From: Candidatus Poribacteria bacterium
GTDB taxonomy: Bacteria; Poribacteria; WGA-4E; PCPOR2b
Length of the DNA: 64,000 bases
Reading direction: 5' to 3'
NCBI GenBank assembly: GCA_965116925.1
Contig: OZ220744.1
Span: forward strand, 6,144,001-6,208,000
In this document: in pieces, positions 1 to 12,579 of the stretch
Numbering within the stretch: the first letter of the stretch is position 1
Layout: each line of letters begins with the position of its first letter
The notes under the pieces: generated by a model
Told to the model about the DNA's origin: nothing
The model's database searches: none
Seen by the model: the letters and a program-made list of their open reading frames with translations, nothing else
Position numbers and translations under genes: made by a program

Positions 1-2972
1 ACGCCGAAAAATCAGAGATGGACGCGCGTGTAGCGGAGGACATGGAGAAGTATAGGGCTGCTCTTGAAGCGACGGGTGGTACATTTGGGGATATTGAGCC
101 AATCTCCCGTTTCCATGAGGCATTTCAAGGCGACGTGAACGCTGCTTATGCCGCTGCTGTGGTCGGTTTAGAGACCGAAGCCTTCCAAGAAAAAGTACGT
201 GAGAATGTCGGTCTACAAAATGCAGGCTTGTTGGTGTTAGACAGCCCGAATGGGAGTATGAAACGGGATGCATGGACATCGAATTTCAATGCAATGATTC
301 ACGCTTTGGACTTCCCGGAGACGGAGGTCGAGAGTCCATCACAGCCGGAACAGCCACCGGGTACAGTTGTTCATATCCCTGATCCAAACCTGCGTGCCGC
401 AATAGCAGAGGAACTGGGTAAAAGTCCCAATGTCCCGATTACTGTGGAGGAAATGGAAGGATTAAGCGAACTTGATGTGAGAAACAAGGGCATCCGTGAT
501 TTGGCAGGACTTCAGTTTGCAACCAATCTGAGTCGGTTACTTCTCAACGATAATCAAATTTCTGACATATCACCGATTTCTGGCTTAACTGAACTACACC
601 AACTCCAAATTGAAAGGAACACAATATCGGATATATCCCCTGTCAGGGACTTAAAAAATCTTACTTTCTTGAATTTCAGGAGGAATCAGATTTCCGACAT
701 ATCACCGATTGCCGGCTTAATTAACTTGAACGTCCTCTGGTTTAGCGTAAACTCTGTATCCGATCTGTCGCCGGTTGCAGGACTCATCAATTTGAATCGT
801 CTAAGCTTTTCCGAGAACAACATTTCAGACTTGTCGCCGATTGCGGGGTTAATCAACCTAGAGTTTTTAGATTTTTCCTCCCGGAGTAAAAACATATCCG
901 ACATATCGCCCCTTGCAAGATTAGTCAATCTGAAAAGAATTCGTTCATGGGGGCACTCCATATCCGACATATCGCCCCTTGCGAACTTGACAAAACTGGA
1001 GAGCGTAGATTTCTGTGGCGGTGATATCTCCAATCTTACCCCCTTGGCGGGCTTAATAGGTTTGAAAGAACTGTATCTTGCGGTCGAGGAAGTATCGGAT
1101 ATATCCCCGCTTGCGGAATTAACCGGATTAACCCGTTTAGCACTTCATGGTAATGACATATCGGATATATCCCCGCTTGCTGGTTTAACGAACTTGAAGT
1201 GGCTGAACCTTCATGGTAATGACATATCAGATATATCTGTGCTTGCAGGGTTAACGAAATTGGAATGGTTAGACGCTTCAATAAACCAAATATCGGACGT
1301 ATCACCGATTCTAGGCTTAACAAACTTGACATGGTTAAGTGTTGCTAGGAACCAGATTGCTGACCTTGCACCTTTGCAGGGGTTACGCGAGAAGATAACG
1401 CTCATTTGGCGCGGCAATCCGGCGATTCCAAAAGCAGGCGGACCGAAGATAGAGGGACCGTGGCTATGGAGTGTATTTCCAGACGCGGCGTCTGATTTTG
1501 ATAATGGCACAGATTTGCTATCAAAGGCGAGTGATGGAACGGTGACAGAAGCGGGGATTGCGACCCATGGGGCGGAAGGCAAATCTGTAGGGGAGGCCGT
1601 ATGGACCTCCCACAGTCTCCCGCCTACGGGGGATAATAACATTAATGATACGCTGAAGCCTTCCTATGGCAGTGTTATCTACGGCACGGTGTCGTTGTAT
1701 TCGCCACAGGAACAGAAAACAACGATGTATGTTGGTAACAATGACGGGCTAAAGGTTTGGCTTAACGGGGTTTTGATTTACGAAGTGTTTGGTGACTTTG
1801 GCGCGGTCGGCGATTACAATGATTTTGTTCCGGTTACACTGAAGCAGGGAAAAAATGTCCTGTTAGCTGCGGTTCTCACGCGTTCTGTAACGAGTGCCTT
1901 CTTTGGATTTGAACCGGGCACTGATTATACGGTGTCAATGGGTGTCGGCTACACTTTTTCCCAAACACCAATTCATACGGGCGATACCTTTACTCTCGAC
2001 ATTCGTGCAGAAAATGTCACTGACCTAGCGGGTTGGCAGTTTGATATTGCGTTTGACCCTGCCGCCCTTGAAGCCGTCAATGTGAGCGAGGGTGATTTCC
2101 TAAAGACCGGAGGTGGAACCACCTTCTTTCAAGGTGGAACCATTAATAACGCAGCGGGTAAAATCACAGGGCTCAGCGCAGCGCGGCTCTCCGCCGAAGG
2201 TGTGACCGGCACCGGCTCCCTGCTCCAAGTGAACTTCAAGGCAAAATCGGGCGGTGAAACAGAGTTAGTGTTGCAGAACTTCCAGTTCGGCTCCGTCACC
2301 GGTGATAGTATTCCCGCCGGACCGCACCAAATCCGTATCGCTATAGAAGGGCAACTTGCCACGGGGGATGTGAACCGAGATGGTGTTGTCAGCATTCTAG
2401 ATCTGATTCTCGTCGCACAGCAGTTAGGAAAAAGGGTGTCCGCAGGCTCGCCGGTGGATGTCAACGGCGACGGTGTTGTCAGCATCCTCGACCTTATCCG
2501 CATCGCACAGGAAATCGGTAATACGACGGCGTCCGCTGCTCCGATGATTGGGGCAGACAGTGTAGATGCTGCGATGATAGAAGCGTGGATCGCGCAGGCA
2601 CGGTTGGAAGATGACGGCTCACTTGCTTTCAAACAGGGTATAGAAAATCTTGAGAATCTATTAGCCTCACTGATTCCCGAAGAAACTGCGTTATTGGCAA
2701 ACTATCCGAATCCGTTTAACCCGGAAACATGGATACCGTATCAGTTGGCGGGCCCCGCAGAGGTGACGCTGACCATCTACGATATGAACGGGCATTTGAT
2801 TCACCGTTTGGCGGTGGGGCATCAGGCGGCGGGTATATATTGGAGTCGCAGCCGTGCAATCTATTGGGACGGACGCAACCAACTTGGTGAATCCGTCGCT
2901 AGTGGTCTCTATTTCTACACCCTGACAGCCGGTGACTTCACAGCGACGCGCCGGATGCTGATTTTGAAATAG
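1..2972 (+). CDS. Secreted internalin-like LRR protein with cohesin, dockerin and C-terminal FlgD-Ig/T9SS-like domain (probably 5'-partial)
   Basis: Many 22-aa LRRs (LxxLxLxxNxISDISPL); IPDPNLRAAI cap; cohesin-like GDTFTLDIRAENVTDLAGWQFDIAFDP; dockerin GDVNRDGVVSILDL twice; C-terminal LLANYPNPFNPETWIPY...TRRMLILK. The frame is open upstream of the ATG at 18. Confidence 0.85.
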   Translation, partial: AEKSEMDARVAEDMEKYRAALEATGGTFGDIEPISRFHEAFQGDVNAAYAAAVVGLETEAFQEKVRENVGLQNAGLLVLDSPNGSMKRDAWTSNFNAMIHALDFPETEVESPSQPEQPPGTVVHIPDPNLRAAIAEELGKSPNVPITVEEMEGLSELDVRNKGIRDLAGLQFATNLSRLLLNDNQISDISPISGLTELHQLQIERNTISDISPVRDLKNLTFLNFRRNQISDISPIAGLINLNVLWFSVNSVSDLSPVAGLINLNRLSFSENNISDLSPIAGLINLEFLDFSSRSKNISDISPLARLVNLKRIRSWGHSISDISPLANLTKLESVDFCGGDISNLTPLAGLIGLKELYLAVEEVSDISPLAELTGLTRLALHGNDISDISPLAGLTNLKWLNLHGNDISDISVLAGLTKLEWLDASINQISDVSPILGLTNLTWLSVARNQIADLAPLQGLREKITLIWRGNPAIPKAGGPKIEGPWLWSVFPDAASDFDNGTDLLSKASDGTVTEAGIATHGAEGKSVGEAVWTSHSLPPTGDNNINDTLKPSYGSVIYGTVSLYSPQEQKTTMYVGNNDGLKVWLNGVLIYEVFGDFGAVGDYNDFVPVTLKQGKNVLLAAVLTRSVTSAFFGFEPGTDYTVSMGVGYTFSQTPIHTGDTFTLDIRAENVTDLAGWQFDIAFDPAALEAVNVSEGDFLKTGGGTTFFQGGTINNAAGKITGLSAARLSAEGVTGTGSLLQVNFKAKSGGETELVLQNFQFGSVTGDSIPAGPHQIRIAIEGQLATGDVNRDGVVSILDLILVAQQLGKRVSAGSPVDVNGDGVVSILDLIRIAQEIGNTTASAAPMIGADSVDAAMIEAWIAQARLEDDGSLAFKQGIENLENLLASLIPEETALLANYPNPFNPETWIPYQLAGPAEVTLTIYDMNGHLIHRLAVGHQAAGIYWSRSRAIYWDGRNQLGESVASGLYFYTLTAGDFTATRRMLILK

Positions 2973-3089
2973 TATCAAATGCCTCGATGATGGTTGGAAT
3001 GGTGATGTTTATTGCCTTGCAGGCATCAATCGGCACAGCCACCCAGACCAGTTGTCCATAACTGAGCATGAGTTGATAAGGTGCTAGGG

Positions 3090-4088
3090 ATGAACATTCA
3101 CGACAGCGGCTATAAGAAACTATTCTCCAATCGCACCATCTTTCGACAACTCCTCGAAACCTTCGTCAATCAAGAGTGGGTCCATTCTCTCGATTTCGAC
3201 ACCTGCGAACCCCTTGATAAATCCTTTATCTCCGAACACTACAAAGAGACCGAGAGTGATTTAATCTACAAAATCCAGTTTCAGGATCGTGAAGTCTATA
3301 TTTATATTCTCATCGAGTTTCAATCCACCGTTGACCCGTTCATGGCATTGAGGGTGCTGAACTACATCACCAACTTTTACATGGATTTTCTCGTCAATAA
3401 TAAGAGTGTCAATAAATTGCCGGCGGTCTTTCCAATCGTGCTTTACAACGGAGAGGCACGTTGGACGGCACCGGTCAATCTTTCTGAGTTAATTGAGCAG
3501 ACGCCACCCCTCGGTGCATTTGCATTAGATTTCCAGTATTTTTTGATTGCCGAGAACCAATACAGTCAGGAGGCGTTATTAAAGATCCGGAACATCGTAT
3601 CGACATTGTTCTTGGCAGAATCCTATTATGATGTAAAAGTGCTAGAGGTAGAGCTGCTGAATCTGTTTTCATCGGAGCGTGACAGACAGGCGGTGAGTCT
3701 GTTCTTAAACTGGTTTAAGCAGTTAGCGTTTCATGGTCGGCTTGAATCTGACGATTATGAGTCATTGGAGTCCATTTATCGGACTGAAGAGGAGGTGAAG
3801 ACGATGTTAGTCACAGCGTTAGAGAGAGAAAGGGAGCAGATTTTTCAAAACGGTTTGCGTGAGGGTGAACAGAAGGGCAAGCAGGAAGGGCTGCTTGAGG
3901 GTGAGCAGAAAGGCAAGCAGGAAGGGCTGCTTGAAGGTGAACAGAAAGGCAGAATTGAAGGGAGGATTGAAACCGCAAAGGCGATGCTGGCTAAGGGAAT
4001 GGAGATGACACTCATTTCTGAAATCACCAACCTGCCAGAAGCACAACTTTTGGAGTTGAGAGATGAACTTTCCTCAATAAAAAAGTGA
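3090..4088 (+). CDS. Rpn/YhgA-like PD-(D/E)XK nuclease (recombination-promoting nuclease family)
   Basis: HDSGYKKLF, ESDLIYK, YILIEFQS, PIVLYNG motifs; C-terminal EGEQKGKQEGLL repeats and AKAMLAKGM-type tail. Confidence 0.9.
   Translation: MNIHDSGYKKLFSNRTIFRQLLETFVNQEWVHSLDFDTCEPLDKSFISEHYKETESDLIYKIQFQDREVYIYILIEFQSTVDPFMALRVLNYITNFYMDFLVNNKSVNKLPAVFPIVLYNGEARWTAPVNLSELIEQTPPLGAFALDFQYFLIAENQYSQEALLKIRNIVSTLFLAESYYDVKVLEVELLNLFSSERDRQAVSLFLNWFKQLAFHGRLESDDYESLESIYRTEEEVKTMLVTALEREREQIFQNGLREGEQKGKQEGLLEGEQKGKQEGLLEGEQKGRIEGRIETAKAMLAKGMEMTLISEITNLPEAQLLELRDELSSIKK
3789..3806 (+). promoter_or_regulatory. Intragenic Shine-Dalgarno plus in-frame ATG (candidate small Rpn C-terminal product, 3804..4088)
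   Basis: GAGGAGG at 3789-3795, 8 nt upstream of an in-frame ATG at 3804. Confidence 0.6.
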
Positions 4089-4363
4089 AGGCTCATGTTA
4101 AGAAAGCGTGCAACAGAAACTAAGTTTTTGGCACGGGCGGGCGGGGCAAGTTGCTTTGAATCCCGATTTATCGGGGATACCCGACCTACAGTATAGTGTT
4201 GGGTTTTACTTCATCTATCCTATAAGGGAGTGCTGCTGGAAAGCATAGCTTCTATTGCATCTGATAGGAATTTGCTTTTACCGTTCAACCCAACCTACGC
4301 CTTACTAAATGTCAATGTGCCCTAGCAACATGCGAGATTATAGCAGGTGTGATATAATCCTGA

Positions 4364-4495
4364 CGCTCATGTTAAGATTTAGTGCAAAGAAACCGAATAT
4401 TCGTAGGGGTTGGGTCCCCCAACCCTTACGGCGGGCGGGGAAACCCCGCCCCTACGATTTCGCTTCATGTTTTGCACTTTCTTTTTACATGAGCC
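4364..4495. mobile_element. MITE family A (GGCTCATGT...ACATGAGCC ends) with REP-doublet cargo and 8-bp target duplication
   Basis: Inverted ends cgctcatgttaaga / tttttacatgagcc; AATCCTGA at 4356-4363 and 4496-4503; internal GTAGGGG...CCCCTAC hairpins. Confidence 0.75.
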
Positions 4496-4531
4496 AATCC
4501 TGAATTTAACAAACATTAAAGGACAAACGAA

Positions 4532-5254
4532 ATGTCAGCGAAAAATTTGAAACAGCGTATCCGTAAGGGCGAGTTGATCTACGGTGTCAGTGTGCCGGTG
4601 TCAGCGAATCGGGATGAGATGAAAGCGATCATAGATAAAGACCATTACGATTTCGTCATGGCGGATAGCCAACATACGGCATACGACGAGCGGCAATTGG
4701 TGGAATACTGCAATATTGCGGACTCGCTCAATATACCGGTCCACTTTCGGATTAAGCACACCCGTAACGCCTACCTCATCGGCAATTACCTCGATTTGGG
4801 ACCGTCCGGAATTGAAGTGCCCCAAGTGGAACTGGAATCAACGGTGGATGAAGCGGTTACTTGGTTTTACTATCCCCAGATTGGTATTCGTAGCGCGGGT
4901 GGAGGACGCCGAAAAGGGATAGCCGAGCGGGGTGATCGCTTGGAATACGCAAATTGGTGGAATCAATACGGCGTCCTCTGGATGCAGTTAGAATCAGTTT
5001 CCGCGGTGACCAATGCGCGCAAACTCGCCAAGCCGGGCGTGGATTGCCTCTCTTTTGGTCCCGCAGACCTTACTTTCAGCATAGAAAGCTACCCACACCA
5101 TTCGTTAAAGACCGTCGATGATTGTGTCCGTCATGTGTGCGACCAACTCGCTGATACGGACGCGGCGGTCTGCTACAGAAATGGCACACCCGACACGCGC
5201 GAGAAATATGCCGAAATGGGGGTCACGGTTTTCCTTGAGGGCCCAAGGCGTTAA
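4532..5254 (+). CDS. HpcH/HpaI aldolase family protein
   Basis: DFVMADSQH, LDLGPSGIEVPQVE, MQLES, FGPADL motifs. Confidence 0.85.
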   Translation: MSAKNLKQRIRKGELIYGVSVPVSANRDEMKAIIDKDHYDFVMADSQHTAYDERQLVEYCNIADSLNIPVHFRIKHTRNAYLIGNYLDLGPSGIEVPQVELESTVDEAVTWFYYPQIGIRSAGGGRRKGIAERGDRLEYANWWNQYGVLWMQLESVSAVTNARKLAKPGVDCLSFGPADLTFSIESYPHHSLKTVDDCVRHVCDQLADTDAAVCYRNGTPDTREKYAEMGVTVFLEGPRR

Positions 5255-5262
5255 AAGGATAC

Positions 5263-5518
5263 TATAGTGAATTCTAAAAATAAGTAGACATTTACCAATA
5301 ATTCTGACCGTCGCGAAGTTTCCAAAGTTCCCTGAGAACCAGAGGTAGCGAGTTTTTACACTCTTCTCCCGATTATTGGGATCTTCGGCATTGCCGGGAC
5401 GCGCTTTCTCGCACACTCGTTCCCCCACATACTCGCTTCCTCGCTTCCACCTGATTAGGGCGATTTCGGGAGTTGGTTGTGCATTGGAAGTGTCTAATTA
5501 ATTCTAAAATCTACTATA
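5263..5518. mobile_element. MITE family B (TATAGTGAATTC...TTAATTCTAAAATCTACTATA), long-cargo variant
   Basis: Same termini as copies at 7568, 27190, 29798, 30743 and 49757; subterminal sequence shared with the 49757 copy. Confidence 0.7.
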
Positions 5519-5532
5519 TTATTTGGTCTGTT

Positions 5533-6798
5533 ATGTTGATTTATTCTCTTGTTAGCACTGCAATCGCCGGAGATCGAAGCGCGTTGAGGCAAGGAATGCG
5601 CCGTCTCGCGGAAATTGCCCATAAACACGGCATTCCCATTACATGGGGGATCGGGGCAACTGCTGCACGATCCTTTGCTGCAGATCTAACCGGATGGCAC
5701 ATCTCCCACGGCGACGAAGTGATGCTAATGGTCGATATTGCACCGATTTGGGGATCGGGCACAAATTCCGACGACTTAAGCCAATCTGCGGAGCATATCG
5801 TGACAATGCGCGAAAAACTGCCGGATTTTATCTCGTCAGAAAAAGATCGAGTCCAAAGGGCAATCGAATGGGCGAATCCTGTTGTCGCGGGAGCGGGACA
5901 GAAAAACCATGTGCTGCTTTACGCCCTAGCACAGATCGGTTTCAATGGATTGTGGGGATACGGTTGGGGTGATGGAGAGGATGAGGGCTGTCCGTTTGGG
6001 TGTTTCTTTCCATCGATAGACAAGCACAATTTCTGTGGCGCGTCCACAAGTCAAGTTATCGGTATACCACACGCCTCTCTTCTCCCTACTCAACTCCATA
6101 GGTTTGAGGAAATGGAGGGCACCGATTTACAGAGCCAAATCTTGAATGGAACGGCGCAGCAGAAGTTCGATTGTTATGTAACAAATGCAGCGTGGAATCG
6201 TTGGTTAGCTTATATCCAGCGGATTGACCCTGTGGAGGTTGCATCGCTGACGTCGGAACAGCTCGATCAGTTGGATACATATTTTGCGTACGTGCGCGAG
6301 GCACCGGAAACGCAGATTATGTCGCTTCCCGATGTTGTCCGTGCATGCCAAGAGACCAGCGAGCAAACGCAGCCAACTTTCTTGCTCACTGATCCCAACT
6401 CAGAAGACGAGGGCGAGACATCAACGGGTTCGGTCAAATCACTGTTCTCCTATTACGATACTGAATGCCAGTTGGTTTTTGAAGAAGGCAAGATAGAACC
6501 GATCCAGGTTACAAACTATATCTCGCCGCCGATTAGTTCACGTAACGGTGCAGAGGTCAACCTACCGCAAATTGAACAGTTTCGTCCCTCTCGTTCGCGC
6601 AGCCAGTTGCGGATGCAGTTTACCTTGGAATCCACAAAGGCGATGCCGTATGGATTAGCCGTCTGGGGAAATCACGATGGACTCACCTTGGCAACCTCAA
6701 ACGCACAAGAAGTGACGTGGTTAGGCGAGCGGTTGTTATTTATACGGGTCAACCTACAAGTAGGGAAAAACGAAATCGAGGTTGTTTTAACAATCTAA
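5533..6798 (+). CDS. Hypothetical protein, possible polysaccharide-deacetylase-like N-terminal fold
   Basis: Long ORF; RRLAEIAHKHGIPITW resembles NodB-type barrel starts. The ORF-track start (5473) lies inside a MITE, so ATG 5533 is preferred. Confidence 0.55.
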   Translation: MLIYSLVSTAIAGDRSALRQGMRRLAEIAHKHGIPITWGIGATAARSFAADLTGWHISHGDEVMLMVDIAPIWGSGTNSDDLSQSAEHIVTMREKLPDFISSEKDRVQRAIEWANPVVAGAGQKNHVLLYALAQIGFNGLWGYGWGDGEDEGCPFGCFFPSIDKHNFCGASTSQVIGIPHASLLPTQLHRFEEMEGTDLQSQILNGTAQQKFDCYVTNAAWNRWLAYIQRIDPVEVASLTSEQLDQLDTYFAYVREAPETQIMSLPDVVRACQETSEQTQPTFLLTDPNSEDEGETSTGSVKSLFSYYDTECQLVFEEGKIEPIQVTNYISPPISSRNGAEVNLPQIEQFRPSRSRSQLRMQFTLESTKAMPYGLAVWGNHDGLTLATSNAQEVTWLGERLLFIRVNLQVGKNEIEVVLTI

Positions 6799-6862
6799 CC
6801 AGTTGAGCGCACCAGCACGGCAGATTGTCAATGTCGAAAGCCTCGAAGGGAGATGGTATCAA

Positions 6863-7054
6863 ATGGCTATTTTCTACGATTGGAGAGATAGGAGGGGCAA
6901 GGGCTTCAAACCGTGGCGGGAGTATCTAAAAGAGCTTCGGTCTCCTCTGTTTATCGCTTTAGGAATCGTTTTATTTTTGTCGTTGATAACTTCGGGGATT
7001 GTGTGTAGTGGTGTTGTGCCAACCTTAATCAACCGAATCTTCTCTGTAGGGTAA
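6863..7054 (+). CDS. Small membrane protein
   Basis: Purine-rich RBS-like sequence then ATG; one hydrophobic helix LFIALGIVLFLSLITSGIVC. Confidence 0.5.
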   Translation: MAIFYDWRDRRGKGFKPWREYLKELRSPLFIALGIVLFLSLITSGIVCSGVVPTLINRIFSVG

Positions 7055-7073
7055 AGGTTTGAGAAAAACAGTT

Positions 7074-7454
7074 ATGGATGCCTGCCAAACGGTTAAAGCG
7101 TACTTTGACGCACTCATCACAGGAGACACGGATCGGCTCATCAAGATGATGTCTTTGGCCGACCACTATGTGAAGATTGGTACGGAGCCGGATGAGCATA
7201 TTGAAGGGGGCGAAAATGCGAGAGATTACTATCAGAGCATTGTCGCGAATGCGGCGGATATTGCGATTGATTACGAACATCTTGACGTTCAGGAGCGGGA
7301 GACTGTGGCGTGGTTTTACACGCGCCAGATATGGAGACTCAAGTGGTTGGGTAATCCGGAAGAATTGGCGGTGCGGTTGACAGGCGTCCTTGAAAAAGAG
7401 GGTGGGACGTGGAAGTTTGTTCAGATTCACGCTTCGGTTGGCGTGCCTGCATAG
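7074..7454 (+). CDS. SnoaL/NTF2-like domain protein
   Basis: YFDALITGD N-terminal helix; RLTGVLEKEGGTWKFVQIHAS C-terminus. Confidence 0.8.
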   Translation: MDACQTVKAYFDALITGDTDRLIKMMSLADHYVKIGTEPDEHIEGGENARDYYQSIVANAADIAIDYEHLDVQERETVAWFYTRQIWRLKWLGNPEELAVRLTGVLEKEGGTWKFVQIHASVGVPA

Positions 7455-7567
7455 TGGCAACGGTGGAAACCGGCGTCCTGTCAGACAAATTTTTGACAGG
7501 TCCGTTCGATCTCTCAGACTACTTTTTATGTTGGCTTACATAAAGAAATGGTACAACCGAAACCGAT

Positions 7568-7674
7568 TATAGTGAATTCAAAAAATAAATAGACACTTTC
7601 GCCCCCCATGTTTGGTAGGTGCTGTTTCCAACTGCGCCGATTTGGAGTGTTTCATTAATTCTGAGATTTATATA
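7568..7674. mobile_element. MITE family B with GTAGG-hairpin cargo
   Basis: Near-identical to 27190-27295 and 29798-29901. Confidence 0.7.
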
Positions 7675-7829
7675 AGTTGATGAGCTCACTCGTTTATTAA
7701 TGAACTAATGTTTTTTACGTTTTACGCATCACGTTTTACGCATTTTGTATTTTGCACATTCTTTTAACATGAGCCTTTATGTTAATCAAGGGTGAAGTTT
7801 TACGATGATGCAAGGGTTCTAAAGAGGAA

Positions 7830-9788
7830 ATGCTTATGTCTAAAAAAATCTACGCCTACGGGATGGATGGCTTTATCGTCCCGATGATGAAAAAATTTGT
7901 TGCTGAAGGGTGTTTGCCGAACTTTGAAAGGATGCTCAAAAGTGGCACGGTGAACCAGACCTTTCCGTCCTTTCCGGTCTGGACACCGACGAATTGGGCG
8001 ACCCTTTCTACAGGTGCTCACACCGGGACACACGGCGTGAGCCGCTGGCGTGTGGAAGTTGCCCCTGGTGAACGGATCAACAGCTTCGATGGGCGCGCTC
8101 CGAATGCGGAGCGGATCTGGAATGCCCTAGAGCGCGATGGTAAAACAAGCGTTGCTGTGCACTACCCAGCAGCCCAGCCGTCGGGCATCAAATCGGGTTT
8201 CGTCGTGGATGGCTTTGGTCACCCTGGGCACGCTAGCACTGACTATGAGGTAGCATCCTGTCAAGCGTATACGACGAGCGATCAGGTTGCTACCGTCGAA
8301 ATGGACCATGACGGAACGGCTGTCCGTCGGACACAACGCAGCGTTCAACCGATTCCAGTCTTACATCCCGCGGTCGGTTGGAGAAATCTGCCGTCGAGCC
8401 AATCACCGCCCCTTGAATCCGAAATCGAAATTCATGCCCGTCTCGGCGGCGATGTCAACACCTTCCATCTCCTTGCGCTTGACAGTTGTGGGAGGGGATA
8501 TGATCGCCTACAGATCTGCCGGAGGAAAGACGGGGATTCCAAAATAGCTGAGACGGCGGTTGGTCAATGGAGCGATTGGGCGATTGAGCCCTTCCAGATC
8601 GATGGTCAAAAGCAGGAGGCGTCGATTCGGTTTAAGTTGATGGAACTCACACCCGACGGAAAAAATCTGAAGCTCTACCGTTCACAGGTCACCTACGCCG
8701 ACGGATTCACCTATCCTGATGACCTCGCAGCGGAGCTGATTGAACGGTTTGGTCCCTATCAGGAGCACGCTTCTATGACGCCTTATACGTCGGGTATGGC
8801 AGATTTTGATACCGCCCTTGAGGAGTGCGAATACCAGGGGATCTGGTTCGCCGATGTCGCCAACCACATGCTGCATGAGCATGGGTGTTCCTTTTTTATC
8901 TGTCATTGGCATCTGTTTGACTATCTGAACCACATCCATCTCAACGATGTGGATCCCGTCTGTCCGGGCTATGATCCAAACAATGTAGATACAGCGATGG
9001 ACTACTTTCGTCGGGCTTATCAGGTCGGTGACAGGGTTTTGGGACGCATCTGGGAGGCTGCCGACAATGAAACTTGTGTCGGGGTCCTCGGCGACCATGG
9101 GGCTTACCCAGATATTCGGATCGCTAACATCCGGAAGTTCCTTGTCGATCAGGAGTTCACTGTCCTGAAGGAGGGTGCGGAAGGTGTCGAGCGCGATGAA
9201 GTCTTAGAGAAGGATATCGATTGGGAGAAAACCCGTGCCTATCTCAAGGACGACAAGGGCTTTGACATCTACATCAACGCTGAACAGGGAGCGGCGTTCG
9301 ACGAAATTGAGCGTGAACTGCTGTTGGCACTGCGCACTTGGGTCGATGAAGGGGTTGGCCGCACGCCCATCGCTATTGCGCTGCCGAAGCGGGATGCCTA
9401 CATCCTCGGTCAGTGGGGCGATCAGTGCGGCGATGTCATCTTTGCATGGGATCACGGCTACGTGAGCGGTTATTACGGTCAGTGGAAGGGGATTGTCGGT
9501 GGCGGCGCGGTCGGCGCGCCTGAAGTGTATGGTGCACATCACGGAGGCTTCCTCCCCACCCGAAATGAAGACATCTCCTCCAGCTTTGGAACATTTTTAT
9601 TGGCTGGACCGGGAATTAAAAAGGGGTATGAGCGCGATTATGATTCACACGGTTACATCCACGCCGCCGATGTTGTCCCCACCTTTTGTCATATCCTCGG
9701 CACTGCTCCACCGGCGCAAAGTCAAGGCACAGTTGCTCACGATCTGTTTGAAGGAAACGAGATGGCGCGAGAACGAAATGGAAGCTGA
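7830..9788 (+). CDS. Alkaline phosphatase superfamily, nucleotide pyrophosphatase/phosphodiesterase type
   Basis: GMDG metal motif, PVWTPTNWATLSTG (Thr nucleophile), DYLNH, GDHG, GAHHG, DVVPT. Confidence 0.85.
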   Translation: MLMSKKIYAYGMDGFIVPMMKKFVAEGCLPNFERMLKSGTVNQTFPSFPVWTPTNWATLSTGAHTGTHGVSRWRVEVAPGERINSFDGRAPNAERIWNALERDGKTSVAVHYPAAQPSGIKSGFVVDGFGHPGHASTDYEVASCQAYTTSDQVATVEMDHDGTAVRRTQRSVQPIPVLHPAVGWRNLPSSQSPPLESEIEIHARLGGDVNTFHLLALDSCGRGYDRLQICRRKDGDSKIAETAVGQWSDWAIEPFQIDGQKQEASIRFKLMELTPDGKNLKLYRSQVTYADGFTYPDDLAAELIERFGPYQEHASMTPYTSGMADFDTALEECEYQGIWFADVANHMLHEHGCSFFICHWHLFDYLNHIHLNDVDPVCPGYDPNNVDTAMDYFRRAYQVGDRVLGRIWEAADNETCVGVLGDHGAYPDIRIANIRKFLVDQEFTVLKEGAEGVERDEVLEKDIDWEKTRAYLKDDKGFDIYINAEQGAAFDEIERELLLALRTWVDEGVGRTPIAIALPKRDAYILGQWGDQCGDVIFAWDHGYVSGYYGQWKGIVGGGAVGAPEVYGAHHGGFLPTRNEDISSSFGTFLLAGPGIKKGYERDYDSHGYIHAADVVPTFCHILGTAPPAQSQGTVAHDLFEGNEMARERNGS

Positions 9789-9898
9789 ATATGTGTCGAA
9801 AATTTGCGAAGAGAAACCGAGTTTTTTCATCAAAACTCGGTTTCTTTGCACTATTTCCTAACATGAGCCTTTGTAGGTATTAGAAATAGGGATTTCTT

Positions 9899-9927
9899 TT
9901 GACAATATGTTCATGATGTGATAACAT
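9899..9927 (+). promoter_or_regulatory. Sigma70-type promoter for guaB
   Basis: TTGACA, 17 bp, TAACAT with extended TG. Confidence 0.5.
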
Positions 9928-9987
9928 CTTGTCTAATCATTTTCTGCCCTCTTTGTACCTATCTATTCTTATCTTTGGTTCACCTAA

Positions 9988-12386
<2,399 letters not shown>

Positions 12387-12466
12387 CGGGGCATCTGGGC
12401 TCCTCGCCGTAGCCTTGACCGGGAGATCGAGGTTACGGGAGAATTAAACTAATAAAAAAATAGTTG

Positions 12467-12495
12467 TTGCATTAATATTGAAATTGTGCTACTAT
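12467..12495 (+). promoter_or_regulatory. Sigma70-type promoter for nuoI
   Basis: TTGCAT, 17 bp, TACTAT with extended TG, preceded by an A-tract. Confidence 0.5.
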
Positions 12496-12579
12496 TCGCT
12501 TTGAATCTTATTATTGAAAGGAGAACGGCTTTCCAGCAAAGAGTTTTCGCTCAATCATCAAAGCCGCGACGCTGTTTTT

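Noticed and set aside
500..1400. DNA tandem repeats as an independent repeat element
   Set aside because: They are 66-nt coding units of the LRR domain; the same applies near 23150-23420.
4309..4503. Short ORFs across intergenic repeats (also 5105-5428, 58383-58643 as a full gene, 62843-63109)
   Set aside because: They read through MITE/REP sequence or overlap real genes in another frame.
7712..7745. Heptamer repeats (ACGTTTT/ACGCATC) as a regulatory array
   Set aside because: Short, degenerate and associated with a family-A right end; treated as repeat cargo.
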